Positions 14,582-28,491 of a stretch of DNA of 64,000 bases are shown here, one piece after another; position 1 is the stretch's first letter, and every line of letters starts with the position of its first letter. The position numbers were made by a program, and so were the translations under genes. Below the pieces are notes generated by a model. The model saw nothing but the letters and a program-made list of their open reading frames with translations. It was not told where the DNA came from and made no database searches. The DNA is from Eledone cirrhosa (lineage: Eukaryota), in assembly GCA_964016885.1 (NCBI GenBank), contig OZ024755.1:11284001-11348000 (forward strand), given 5' to 3'.

Positions 14582-14632
<51 letters not shown>

Positions 14633-14944
14633 TGTGTTCATCTATACATGCATGTTAATAGATCTTTATCTGTCCATGTCTGTATGTGATCCATGTGTAT
14701 CAACTATTATTCGATGCATGTGTCTGCATATGTATGTATTGCAGCTGTTGTGTTGAATGTGTACTTAAGTGCTGTGTATGCATCTGTAATGGTGTGTTTA
14801 TAAATATTTATCTGAGTATGTCCATGTATCAGATTTATGTGTGTATAAAGTATTAAGCTATTCATATCTCACTGTGTGTATACATCTGTATCTGTGTTTG
14901 TGAATATGAGTGCAGATGTGTTGCTGTGAGCATGTGGAAAAACC

Positions 14945-15038
14945 TCAGTCCTGCTTTTGTCGGCCAACAAATGTCTCCATACTTTGCGTGGCGGAAAAGA
15001 AACTACAAACCACTGACATACATCTCACAGGCAGAAAC
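14945..15038 (-). CDS. SDR16C-family dehydrogenase, last coding exon (94 nt including TGA)
   Basis: Strong polypyrimidine tract and acceptor TTTTTATCTTCTCTTTGTTCCCTAG|G. Phase-compatible, encodes (G)FLPVRCMSVVCSFFSATQSMETFVGRQKQD*, whose SM..FVGR end resembles SDR16C C-termini. Not in the ORF track; it follows a 13-kb intron. Confidence 0.88.
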
Positions 15039-16096
15039 CTAGGGAACAAAGAGAAGATAAAAAAAAACATGATCAGTTTTACAGGAGAAAACAATGCTAT
15101 CATATATCACAAAGTATATTTATTAACTTACAGTTACTATCAGTTGTATCAAACAAAGATTTAGTTCAAATTACGATGGGGGTTTTTTTTTTTGTTAATA
15201 TAAACATTTTAAAATAAACTGCTTTCAATTATAGAAGAACAAGGGGTTGGTATAGACAGTTTGGTATCAAAAGGTTTGATGAAATTCTGTAGAAAACACA
15301 TTTTGGTCTTAGTATATACAATCATTTTGGCAATAATGAGGTGATGAAAATTATGTAACACACAATATAAGATATATATATATATACATAAACATGTGTG
15401 TGTATCATCATCATCATCGTTTTACGTCCATTCTTCCATGCTAGCATGGGTTAGACGGATTGTCCTGTTGTGGGCAGTGTCTGGTTGGCTGACCATGCCT
15501 TGCTCATACAGGAACTGATTTTGGCTTGATTCCTACAGCTGGATGCCCTTCCTAACACCAACCTCATTTACAATGAGTGCTGGGTGCTTTTTTCCGTGAC
15601 GCCTACACGTATATATATATATATATTTATATATATGCATGTATATTATTATAAATAGTGAATTTTGGAAAAGAGTTTATAAGCCATAAACAGACAAAAC
15701 ATTTGAAGTTTCAGAGCTGTCCTTTGTCTGAAAGAAGAAAGGTATATAAACAAAATAACAAATTTAATTTGATAATTTTTGCTGATACAAACCACTATGA
15801 TATTCTTTAGACTCTGTTTTATATACAGTGGAAACTGCTAATTATAATCATGCATAATGTTATTAGGCAGTTATTGTTATCAAACATGCTCAAAACATTG
15901 TTACATGCTCTGGTTAATGTTATAAACAGGTTATTTTATTATTTAACAGGCAACAACCAAAATATTGATATGTACAATTGGGTGGGGTTGCTGTGCATTC
16001 TAATTCAACCCTGCCTACAATATCAACCGTTAAACTAATATATTTTTTCACGTTACTGTATTGTTTGCTTTGTTGTTTCCATTTACTTTTTGTATG

Positions 16097-16148
<52 letters not shown>

Positions 16149-16665
16149 TGTAATAAACAACATGAGATAATTATTTCATTAGCCTACATAGAGCACTCTC
16201 TTTTCCTTTACCTTTCCTACGGAAATACTTCACTATATATATATATAATAATAATTGTTTCTACATTTGGCACAAGGCCACCAATACCCCAGTGAATTAC
16301 TGGTGCATTATTTTATCAACCCCGTATTGATGAAAGGGCCGTAACTCTATGCTGCAAAGCATGGCGTTCGACCTTCTACTTATACATTTAGATTATGTAT
16401 AGCCAGCCCACCTGCCATCAACTTCCTCAATGAATTTACAGAAATCATGTCGTAAATACGAATCTGTAAGCCATGGTAGACATTATATGTTAAACAGTGG
16501 AGAAACGACGTAGACAAACGAAATGGATATTCTTTGCAAGAATCGTCTAGTTTCTTGAGACCTTCGGTAATGAAATAATTATGTTGTGTTGTTTATTATG
16601 TAATTAAATAGCTCTGTACAATACATAGAACACTCTTTCTGCCTTTATCTTTACTACGGAAATAC

Positions 16666-16711
<46 letters not shown>

Positions 16712-17216
16712 TATATACACTTATTTATTTATCTATATACTGGCTATGATAAGCTACAAATTACAGACATTACTACCACTTATATTAATGCTCTTTGAAG
16801 AATTTATAAAAATTCTTTAACATAAGAAAAAAACAACTGAATAAGCTTTCATATTTAATATGTCATAAAGCATCTTAAAATAACTTATACAAAAACAAAA
16901 TATAAGTAAATAGCAAACTGATAATGAAACCAAATTCTTGAAATTTAATAGAAGAAATAGCATTAATTTGGTTAATTTTCCAGTTGGTTGTACAATTTAG
17001 AGGAACAGGCAACAGCAGAATAAATATAAATATAACTATATATAATATCAAAGAAAAGACAACCAAAAATATAAAATAAAACAAAAGTAAATAGTCTGAG
17101 AGAATAATGGAATGGTTACAAAAAAATAACTGAAATATATATATATATAAATGAAATATATATATATATAAATGAAATATATATATATATAAATGAAATA
17201 TATATATATATAAATG

Positions 17217-17281
<65 letters not shown>

Positions 17282-17711
17282 TATATATGTATGTGTATAT
17301 ATATATATAATTATGTATGTGTATATATATATATATATAATTATATATGTATGTGCATATATATATATATAATTATATTTTATATATATATATATAGTTA
17401 TATATGTTTATATATATATATATAATTATATATATATATATAATTATATATGTTTATATATATATAATTATATATGTTTAAATATATATGTATATATATA
17501 TGTGTATATATATATGTATATATATATGTGTATATATAAATGTGTATATATATATGTATATATATATGTGTATATATATGTATATATATATGTGTATATA
17601 TATATAATTATATATGTTTATATATATATGTATATATATATATATGTGTATATATATATATAATTATATATGTTTATATATATATGTATATATATATATA
17701 TGTGTATATAT

Positions 17712-18056
17712 GGAGGCACATGGCTTAGTGGTTAGAGCATTGGCCTTGCAATCGAAAGGTTGTGAGTTCAATTCTCAGACCGGGTGGTGTGTTGTTTCCT
17801 TGAGCAAGACACTTTATTTCAAATTGCTCCAGTTTACTCAGCTGTAGAAATGAGATGATAGGGACTGAGGTCCTTATCATTCCACTGCAAAGTGGTCGTG
17901 TAGGTGCCACGGCAAAAAAGCACCCAGCACTCACTGTAAATGAGGTTGGTGTTAGGAAGGGCATCCAGCTGTAGAAATCAAGCCAGAATCAGTTCCCGTC
18001 CCACCCTTGCAAGCAGGGAAAAGCGGACGTAAAATGAAATGATGATGATGATGATG
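17712..18056 (+). mobile_element. tRNA-derived CORE-type SINE with RTE-LINE-derived 3' tail (full-length copy)
   Basis: A box tggcttagtgg, B box gagttcaattc, CORE-like ccttgagcaagacactttatttc...ctcagctgtagaaatg, 3' end ccacccttgcaagcagggaaaagcggacgtaaaat(gat)n. Inserted in (TA)n. Confidence 0.85.
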
Positions 18057-18927
18057 ATATATATATAATTATATGTTTATATATATATATGTATATATAA
18101 TTATATGTGTATATATATATATAATTATATGTTTATATATATATATGTATATATAATTATATGTTTATATATATATATATAATTATGTTTATATATATAT
18201 ATAATTATATGTTTATATATATATATGTATATATATATATGTATATTTATTAAAATAACAGATTTGCTCTACGGTCCTTATATATTTGATATATATTTTC
18301 CTTATCGAGCCCTCTTTGGATTTTAGTCTTCAATTTTATTATTATTACTATATATGTGTATATATATATATAATTATATATATATATAATTATATATGTA
18401 TATATATATGTGTATATATATATATATATATATAATTATATATGTGTATATATATGTATATATATATATATAATTATATATGTATATATATATAATTATA
18501 TATGTATATATATATAATTATATATGTATATATATATAATTATATATGTATATATATATAATTATATATGTATATATATATAATTATATATGTATATATA
18601 TATAATTATATATGTATATATATATAATTATATATGTATATATATATAATTATATATGTATATATATATAATTATATATGTATATATATATAATTATATA
18701 TGTATATATTTATAATTATATATGTAAATATATATAATTATATATGTATATATATATTTATAATTATAAATGTGTATATATATATGTGTATATATATGTA
18801 TATATATATATATATACCCATGCTAGCGTGGAAGAACGGACGTAAAACGGTGATGATGATGATGATGATAATTATATATGTATATATATATATAATTATA
18901 TGTGTATATATATATATAATTATATGT

Positions 18928-18976
<49 letters not shown>

Positions 18977-19211
18977 ATTATATATGTATATATATTTATC
19001 AAACAGAACTAAAAAAGAGAGAAACAATTGGAATACGACAGGGAAGAATAAATAATACAAGAGTATTATAAGTTATAAGACATTAAAGATGGGGTGGGTT
19101 TGGGTGATGAGTGAAGAATTTGGGATTATGAAAAAAGTGATGAGTGGAAGGGAAGAAAGAAGAAAACTAAGGAGATGAAAAGACGAAAATAGAAAAAAGA
19201 TAATAGCAATA

Positions 19212-19397
19212 ATAATTGTTTCTACTTTAGGCACAAGGCCAGCAATTACCCAGTGCATTACTGGTACTTTATTTTATCGACCCCGTAGGGATGAAAGGCA
19301 AAGTAAACCTCGGCGGGATTTGAACTCAGACCGTAAAGGGACGTAACTATGCTGGAAAGCATGGCGTCCGACCCTCTACCATTACTGCCAATCCACC
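19212..19397 (-). mobile_element. Meta-like SINE, full-length copy
   Basis: Reverse complement of the 6147 unit. Other copies or fragments at about 8858, 11947, 12232, 12590, 16251, 21570, 29785, 30035, 41672 and 48880. Confidence 0.85.
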
Positions 19398-22303
19398 ATA
19401 ATAGCAATAATAATGGGAAGAAGAAAGAAAGAAAAAGAAAGAAAAGTAAGATATTTCACTGAAATAACAAAAAATTAAATAAAAGTAAATAAATAATATA
19501 TAATATACAAAGACAAAAAGGGATGAGAAATATATTGACAATAAACTACAATACAAACCTCAGAGGGGCGGATTTCTAAACCATAAAGTATTACAATTTT
19601 ATACAAATTTGTATAATTAAATGAAAGACAATAATTTCTTATGACCAATAAATACATAGCTAATCCTTTTTGCTATATATCAGCAATGTGGAAATATCTT
19701 AAGGGATGAAGAGATTAGTATGGTGTTATGACCTGTCACATGATTTAACATGGGTGTGTATGGCTAATGTAGTGGAAAATGCAGGCTTACTAATATAATT
19801 AGTGCGGTCAGATCAAATAGTGTCAAAAACTAGGTCTGTCAACATACATTTGATAAATTGACAAACCTAGTTTTTGACACATCAACTTATCAAAGTGTAA
19901 GTTGAAATTATCTTATTTGGGAAAATGAGGTGCAAATCATACAGCTCTGTATGTATCACTTGCTGGATGACTCACGATTCGGGTGTTTGGATTTTGTCAT
20001 AGGGACCTGCTTCACTCTTTTCTCACACATCAGTACTTAGGAACAGAAATGTCAGAAAAAAAGGAGCTGATTGTCAAAGCAGACCAAGGTGTTTCCATTA
20101 GGGTTTTCGTTTTCTTTTTTTTTTTCACTGCTGATACTATCTGCTGACAACTCCTGGAAGAAAGAAGCAGGGTTCGAACTCAAAATACAGTTTGAACCAG
20201 AAGAGATATTGCAAAACATCCAGCTTGACATCTTTAACAATTCTGCCAAATTACTGCTCCTGGACTGGTGCTTTTTTTTAATAACCTCGAAAGAATGAAA
20301 GGTAAAGCTGACCATAACAGAATTTGAACTCAGAGAATAAAGAGCTGGAACTAATACCAAGGCATTTAATCTAATGTTCTAAAGATTTTGCTAATTCACC
20401 ACCTATTGGATAAGGAAAAATAAAAAAGCTACAGTGCAAAGCCAACAAGCAAGGAAGTGCAATAGAATTAATCAAATGAAATCAGGTGCGATGTTGTTCA
20501 GCATAGGCAATCATGTTTCTTGATCTTGTATAATGGCTTCTGGTTTAGGCACAAGGCCAATAATTGTTTCTTTTGGGAGGCAGTTGATTAAATCGACCCT
20601 AGTATGGATGTCCCAGTGATGCTCTTATTATTACCTACCCAAAGAACTATTTTTATTTTTTATATTTTGATGGCCTCCATGACTCTACTTATATTTACTG
20701 TTTGTTTATATCCCATAACTTAGTAGTTTGATACAAAGAGATCGATAACATACATACCAGACTTGAACAAATAAGTAATGGGGTTGACATAATTGACTAA
20801 ATTAATTCAAGGTAGTGCCACAACATGGCCTCTGTCTAATGACTGAGACAAATAAAAGAATGTTAAGGATAGAGCATGGGACAGCGAGTGAGATAGCAGT
20901 GTGGGGGCGGGGGGCGTGACAGGGAGTGAAGAAGAGACAGAATAAATAAAGATAGAAAAATGAAAATAAGAAAAACAACGAAAGCAGCAACAAATTGGAA
21001 GATGAAGTCTAAGAAAATATAAAGACCTGTAAAGGGGTTTAGAAAGAAATAACATCACTCTTTCTTTTTCACCATTTTACCCTTGAATGTTTCCATGTTT
21101 GAGTTCACTCCAAAGAAACGGCCAAGCACAGACAGGGCTTTCGATGGCAAGAATCTGAAGAAGAAGAACACGGTTAGCTAGAAACATGCAAACCAAACAG
21201 GCAAATGGTCAGGCGTGACAAGCGATGTTCCAAAAGGGATCTTTGTGTGTGAATATGTCTGTGCGTGTGTGCATGTGTCTGTGCGTAAGCGTTTACTGCA
21301 AATATTCTTGAAAACATTAACCCTTTTGTGACCATATTTCAAACAAAAATAGACTGTATTTCAATTAATAAACCTTTTTGATACCAACCCATCTGAAACT
21401 GTCTTTGGTTTTATGATACAAATCTGTCCATTTTTGTTCAAGATGCAACTTACTAGTGAAAACGGAAAGGGCCAAAATAGACACCACAAAGCTTTACCAA
21501 TTCTGTCAATCTACCAACATGTACTGGTACTTTATCGACTTTAAGTTAGTGCAGAGTGATAGAATTAATGGTTTCTTATATAGGCACAAGGCCAACAATT
21601 TGGGGGGAGAGGGAAGTCGATTAAATCGACCCCAGTGCATGACTGGTACTTTATTTTATCGACCCCGTAAAGATGAAAATCGGCGCGATTTGAACTCAGA
21701 TCATAAAGGGCCGGAACTTTATGCTGCAAAGCATGGCGTCTGTCCCTCTACCGATATTGCCAATCCACCACCCTCAGAGTGCTAGATTGAATAGCAGAAG
21801 TTATTTTTATCCAATGCTCTAACAACTGCCAATTTATTGCTTATAATTTTTGAACCATTATTTGACCATTAGGTACATTAAAAATGTCTACACTGTTGCA
21901 AGTATTTGGGCAAGATCTTGAATCTGAGAGTAACTTCTTTTTTTCCAAACGTCAGTCTTGGAAGCACTGCAAAAGGTCATAGGCATTAAGTGACCTTCGT
22001 CATATGATTAAGATATTAAAACAATAATAATAACAATAACAATTACCATATTATTCCATAGTGCTATGTAATGTTGTCATATAATATTCAAGCTCTACTA
22101 TTCCTAGCATTCATATTTCTCTTATTATCTGAGATTCTTTAAAGTTCTTACATTGTGACCTTTGGGTGTTGCCTTAGTTCTTCCTCTTTAATAAACTCTA
22201 CACAAATGCATGGAATGTTATAAATGCAATTTACCCAACATGAAAAAGTGTATGTATGTACGTATACATACACACACACACACACACATATATATTTTTG
22301 TAT

Positions 22304-22338
<35 letters not shown>

Positions 22339-22706
22339 GATAGATAGATATTTAACGTAACTAGAATGTAAACAAATCAAAAAACCAACCTGCGAACCCA
22401 ACAGAACACAAACCACAATCCTACAAATATATGTATGTCATATATCTCCATTTTATGTCCATTTTCTATGCTAGTTTGACTTATCATATAGATATGTACA
22501 TCATCATCATCATCATCATCACTGTTTAGCATCCATGGGTTAGATAAGTCGTCCACATTGGAAGACAAGTCTGGCTAGAGCTGGTCACACCCTACCTTGG
22601 ACTGTAAATTTGGTCACACCCTACCAACAAGGACTGTAAATTTGGGCAGGGATGCCCTTCCTAACACCAACCACATTTACAGTGTGGTATATATATATAT
22701 ATATAT

Positions 22707-23104
22707 CATCATTCATCATCATTTCACTTTACGTCTGCTTTTTCCCTGCTTGCAAGGGTGGGACGGGAACTGATTCTGGCTTGATTTCTACAGCTGGATG
22801 CACTTCCTATCACCAACCTCATTTACAGTGAGTGCTGGGTGCTTTTTTTACCGTGGCACCTCCACGTCCACTTTACAGTGTGGGCTGGGTGCTTTTTTTT
22901 TGCCGTGGCACCTCCACGGCCACTTTGCAGTGGAATGATATGGACCCCAGTCCCTATCATCTCATTTCTACAGCTGAGTAAACTGGAGCAATGTGAAATA
23001 AAGTGTCTTGCTCAAGGAAACAACACATCACCCGGTCTGAGAATTGAACTCACAACCTTTAGATTGCAAGGCCAATTCTCTAACCACTAAGCCATGTGTC
23101 TCCA
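22707..23104 (-). mobile_element. Same CORE-type SINE, full-length, with one extra internal 48-bp unit
   Basis: Reverse complement of 17712-18056. Further 5'-truncated or diverged copies at about 3677-3950, 9645-9915, 15405-15607, 23850-24112, 36220-36450 (minus) and 38845-39070 (plus). Confidence 0.85.
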
Positions 23105-23801
23105 TTGTATATATAAATATGAGAGAGAGAGAGAGAGAGAAATAGAGAGAGAGAGAGAGAAATAAGGCCAAATGACATTTAGTCCTACGAAAGTATGGTA
23201 GGGTATTGTTGGTGTTGAAATAAAAGCAAATGGACCAGAAACCAATTATTTTTATCATTAATTATTAATTAAGAGTATCAGCATGAAAAGCATTATCATT
23301 ACCATAGTTATTAGTAGCAGAGCACAGTAACATCAACAACAGAAACATAAAAAGAAGATGCAAGTGGAACATCATCTGTGCCAAAACTATCAGCATCATC
23401 ATCATCAGGAATGCTCAAGATAGAATTCATTGCCAATGTTAAAGGTCATTACCATCATCATCAATGTTAGTAGCACATTCTCATCATTATTAATACCAAG
23501 ATCATCATCATCATCATCAATATTATTATTATCATCCTGTCAGAGTAAATATCTTACAATATTTAGTCACATTTTTTAATATTCTGAACCCAAATCCTTA
23601 TGGGGTCAATAGAATAGAGTACCAGTAATGCACTGGATTTGATTTAGTTGATGTTCCCCTCCCCAAAATTTTTGTCCTTGTGCCTAAATCAAAAATCATT
23701 ATTAAGGGAGGTGGATTGACAGTATCAGTAGAGCTTTGGACAACATGCTTTGTGCCACATAATTATGTCCCTTTACATTCTGAATTCAAATCCTGTTGAG
23801 G

Positions 23802-23852
<51 letters not shown>

Positions 23853-24296
23853 TTTCATTTCATTTTACATCCACTTTTTCCCTGCTTGCAAGGGTGGGAT
23901 GGGAACTGATTCTGGCTTGATTTCTACAGCTGGATGCCCTTCCTTACACCAACCTCATTTACAGTGAGTGCTGGGTGCTTTTTTGCCGTGGTGCCTCCAC
24001 GACCACTTTGCAGTGGAATGATAGGGACCCTAGTCCCTATCATCTCATTTCTACAACTGAGTAAACTGGAGCAATGTGAAATAAAGTGTCTTGCTCAAGG
24101 AAACAACACATCACAGAGGTATCAATGTATTATCATCACCTAGAAACGATCGTAAAGCAGTGAAGTATATCTTTAATGACTTGATTTTTTATTTCAATGT
24201 TTTAACATATATATATATATAGATAGATATATATATATGGGTGTATGAGTGTGTTTCTGGTAACTTGATGTTATTCTTTGTCTAATTTCCACACAC

Positions 24297-24622
24297 ATAG
24301 ATGAGTCGAGAGAGAAACTGTATAAGAGGGATAAGCTTTAGAGTGCGGGAGAGAAGACTGCGTTGGTATGGACATGTGATGCGCATGGAGGATGACTGCT
24401 GGGTAAAGAAGTGCCAAGAAATTCCAGTGGAAGGAAGATGCAGTAGAGGAAGACCACGAAAATCATGGGTAGAGGTGGTGAGAGCTGACCACAGATCGCT
24501 GAAGCTTGCGGAGGAGATGATGAAGGACCGTGACGAATGGAGAGGTGCTGTGCTGAATAGGACCCGTCCCACCCTTGCAAGCAGGGAAAAGCAGACATAA
24601 AATGATGATGATGATGATGGTG
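24297..24622 (+). mobile_element. 3' end of an RTE-clade LINE
   Basis: RERRLRWYGHVMRMEDDCWVKKCQEIPVEGRCSRGRPRKSWVEVVRAD...DRDEWR, the typical RTE ORF C-terminus, followed by a (GAT)n tail. Confidence 0.9.
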
Positions 24623-24765
24623 ATAATATATATATATATAAGATCTCAACACAAAAGCATGCTACTTAAGGTTTCAAATTTGAGCCAGTATAGGATGTAG
24701 ACATTCTATATCAGCTAGATTAACTACTTTCAGGCATTCATCATCATTACATATATGTGTATGTG

Positions 24766-24853
<88 letters not shown>

Positions 24854-25497
24854 ATAATAATGTAGAAATGGTAAAACAACTCAGACATGCTCGTTAGAAT
24901 GATTCATTTTAAGATTCCATGCAATTCATTCATTATCATGTTGCATCTAAATTTGATTGACGTATTATGTATAAAGTAACGCTGCCATTGTTGTTGCTGT
25001 TGTTGTTATTTAACCCTATCTCAGCTAACTGAATGTATTCAAGCTTTGTGAGCCTTCTAGCTGAAGGCATTCCAGACATGAACACACCATATCTATTTTA
25101 CCACAGACTACATTATCTATTTTGTCCTTCTGCCAGACAGTAGGATGTGATAGAATAGAAATTTAGCTGTTATTTCTAGCATGCTAAACAACCACATAGT
25201 TGCTGCTATTGTAGCTTATGTGGTTCTACTTTGGCAACAGAGATTTCTGGTGAAATCTAATCCACGCCTTCAACTCCAAGTAAAGTTTGCATTACTAAGC
25301 AACCAAATTCACAACTTGCTGCAAAATATCATCACCATCATCATCATCAATCATCATTACATTAGTTTTTCCTGTTAGCATAAATTGGATGAATCTTTAT
25401 GGTCTGAGACAAGACCTAGTCAGGTAACAAGGTTTTGCTGATAAGTCCATACTTTGGTATGGTTTTTCTATAGTTGGATGCCTTTCCTAATATCAAC

Positions 25498-25832
25498 CCC
25501 TTTACAGAGTCTACTGAGTTCATTTTATAATGGCATCAGTACTACCACTTTACAGAATGTACTGGATGCCTTTTATTATAGCACCAGTGCTACCACTCTA
25601 CAAAGTGTACTGGATGCCTTTTATTGTGGCACCAGCACTACCACTTTATAAATTGCACTGGGTGCCTTTTATTGTGGCACCAACACTACCAATCTACAAA
25701 GTGTACTGGGTGATTTTTATTATGACACCAGCACTACCATTCTACAAAGTGTACTGGGTACTTTTAATTACGACACCAGCACTACCACTTTACAGAGTGT
25801 ACTGGGTGCCTTTTATTGTGACACCAACACTA
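25498..25832. repeat. 48-bp tandem array inside a diverged SINE, about 7 copies
   Basis: Unit actttacagagtgtactgggtgccttttattgtggcaccagcactacc, preceded by the SINE motif ggatgcctttcctaa. A similar array is at about 31632-31890. Confidence 0.85.
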
Positions 25833-27635
25833 GAAAGGTTATCTTATCGATGGCCAGACTGAAGCGCCCTCTTCTTAATATAAAATGAATATAACACAAA
25901 AAAGTGATAGAAGGTTATCTCCAGACTTTTGGCAAGGATTATATTTTCTAAAGACAATAACTATTATCTATGGAAAACATTTATTAATGTTGTCATTTTT
26001 AACCTGCGTTTAGCCATGATTGAGTATACAAATTATCAATGTGGATACAGCTGTTATTATAACCTTTTGTATGCTAAGGAAAACCCAACTTACTGATAAA
26101 ATCTAATTTATGCTTTCATCTCCAAGTAATGCTTGTATTGCAAAGCATTCACAATTTATTGTTTATGTTGTTATTGTTGTTCAACTCTAGTTCATCCTTA
26201 ATGAAGCACATTACTGATCAATGAAATTACAGCTGTTACCATTTACTTTGTATGTTAGGTACTACCTTGCTCAATATATCCATTATTTCAGAAGGTAGCA
26301 GGTGACTTAACCCTTTTTATACCAAACCACCTGAAATTATCCTTAGTTCTACAGTACTAAGTATATATGTTTAAATATTTATATTCATCTAAAAACCTAT
26401 CATCATAATTTTATATAAAAACTATTATGCTCAAACACCAATTAAATAATAGGTTAGTTATTTAAACTATATATTTTCAATTCCTTCAAGAAATTGGAAA
26501 TATTTAGTTTAAATAACTAACATATAATTGGTAATATGTCTTATGACAAAAATAGTAAAGAAATGGTTAAGTTCATATTTATCTAAAAAGAACTTCCACT
26601 ATTCTTCTGTTTTATGTAAGAAACTTTGTTCCAAACACCAACTTAATACTAAGAAAGTTAGTTATATTACTAAATTCCCCCAGATTATTGACTATTTTGA
26701 TGCTATTATTAGGAGTTGTTTCAGCAGTTTGGTATGAAAACGGTTTAAAGGTATACTCAACAGTATTATATCTAGAAATAGTTGTCACAAATCCACCAAA
26801 CAACATCTTAGGAAAGCAAGTATACATTCAAAAATGTATTTCTGTATATCCATGGGCTCTGAACTCCTGATGGAGTCCTTGGCCCACTGTCTTGACAAGC
26901 AGTAAGCAATATGTCTGGGACATGTATATATACATAAATCTCTCTATATAAATTTAATAAGTATATACACACACACACACAGTCATATATATATATATAT
27001 ACTGCTGGCTTTGTTTGGGTCTAGCTGTCGAAACGTCTGGAGCTCAACCGTCGGGGTCCTGACTCTTTTCCTATATATATATATTTACAAATCCTGTATT
27101 ATATTACTGTGTGTGGGAATGTTAAGTAGTCTGTAAAAAAAGAATATTTATTAGAAATCTTGAGTCAAAAATATTATTAAAAAATTAGGAGTTTGCCTTG
27201 TCTGGCAAGCAACTTGATCTAAGACCTTGTGTGGAAACTAAAGCAATTACATCATGTTAAATCCATTTTAAATTTATCATTTATTTCTCAGTTTTAAAAT
27301 TTTCTATTGCACTGTTTGCACAAAGGGTGTGACAAAAATTTTGATACAAAGAAATAATAAATGTAAAGTGATTTTAACAGATTATTTGTGTCTTTTGAAT
27401 GGCTAAAACAACTCTTTCACATAATTGCATATGTGTGTACGATGTCATCAAATTTGTATATCATGCAATGAAATTATTACTAACTCACTGTAACTAGAAA
27501 AGACATGAAAATGAACATAAATGTAGAATACAGAAACTTTAAAGATAAAACAAAAAACTGGAAAATATTTGCAAAAAAAAACTATATAATATATATATAT
27601 ATATATATATATTATGTTATACATATATAAGTTAT

Positions 27636-27675
<40 letters not shown>

Positions 27676-27713
27676 GTTATACATATATAAGTTATTATGT
27701 TTTATATATATAT

Positions 27714-28016
27714 CATCATCATCATCATCATTTTACGTCCGCTTTTCCGGGTTGGACGGGTCCTATTCAGCACAGCATCTCTCCACTTGTCACAGTCCTT
27801 CGTCATCTCCTCGGTGAGTTTCAGCAATCTGAGGTCTGCTCTCACCATCTCCACCCATGTTTTTCATGGTCTACCTCTACTGGGATTTCATGGCACTTCT
27901 TTACCCAACGATCATCCTCCATGCGCATCACATGTCCATACCATCTCAGCCTTCTCTCCTGCACACCACAACTTATCCCTCTTATACCCAGTTTCTTTCT
28001 CAACTCATCTATGCTT
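27714..28016 (-). mobile_element. 3' end of the same RTE LINE family (more decayed)
   Basis: Reverse-complement homology to 24297-24622 with internal deletions; (ATC)n tail. Confidence 0.82.
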
Positions 28017-28074
28017 GAGAGAGCGAGAGAGAGAGAGCGAGAGAGCGAGAGAGAGAGAGAACTTTGATACTCAC

Positions 28075-28200
28075 CCTTTTAAACTGAGTGTATAATAGAG
28101 TAACCGTGGCAAATATAATATAGGAGTATTACACCGTATTGCTTCCACAATTTTATCTGATACATATGCTGGTTCCAGTATTGGTAACAGGTTAGGAAAC
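28075..28200 (-). CDS. SDR16C-family dehydrogenase, penultimate coding exon (126 nt)
   Basis: Acceptor CTTCTTATAG|G, donor GG|GTGAGT. Encodes (R)FPNLLPILEPAYVSDKIVEAIRCNTPILYLPRLLYYTLSLK(G). Phase 2/2 matches the flanking exons. Confidence 0.93.
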
Positions 28201-28491
28201 CTATAAGAAGAATGAGATATATGCATAGCTAGATACATACACATACATACACACACACAGACACACAACTACAACACAACAAGAGGATGAAAGGCAGCAC
28301 CAATTATGCTGTTGCAGAGCTTCCACATTTGATAGAAGAAATCTGATATGAATTCTTGCAACAGAGTGGACACAGCTTAACACTTTCATTACCATATTTC
28401 TAATAAAATATTACAGTCTATGATTTTCAAATAGTTTTAGAAAATAACCAAGAATTTGGAGGGATTTAGTAATATAACTAACTCTGGAGTA

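Larger units (their letters stand above)
13800..14584 (+). mobile_element. Composite fold-back element (inverted about 145-bp arms, hammerhead, captured LINE fragment) next to (TG)n
   Basis: Arms about 13800-13945 and 14397-14541 are near-identical reverse complements. Tail to about 14584, then (TG)n; hammerhead at 14337-14380. Confidence 0.7.

Noticed and set aside
17712-17790. tRNA gene candidates (A/B boxes) here and at other SINE heads
   Set aside because: They continue directly into SINE bodies and do not form a complete cloverleaf.
21150-21195. CTGAAGA...GAAA-catg motif
   Set aside because: No stem II, no UH after stem III and no stem I.
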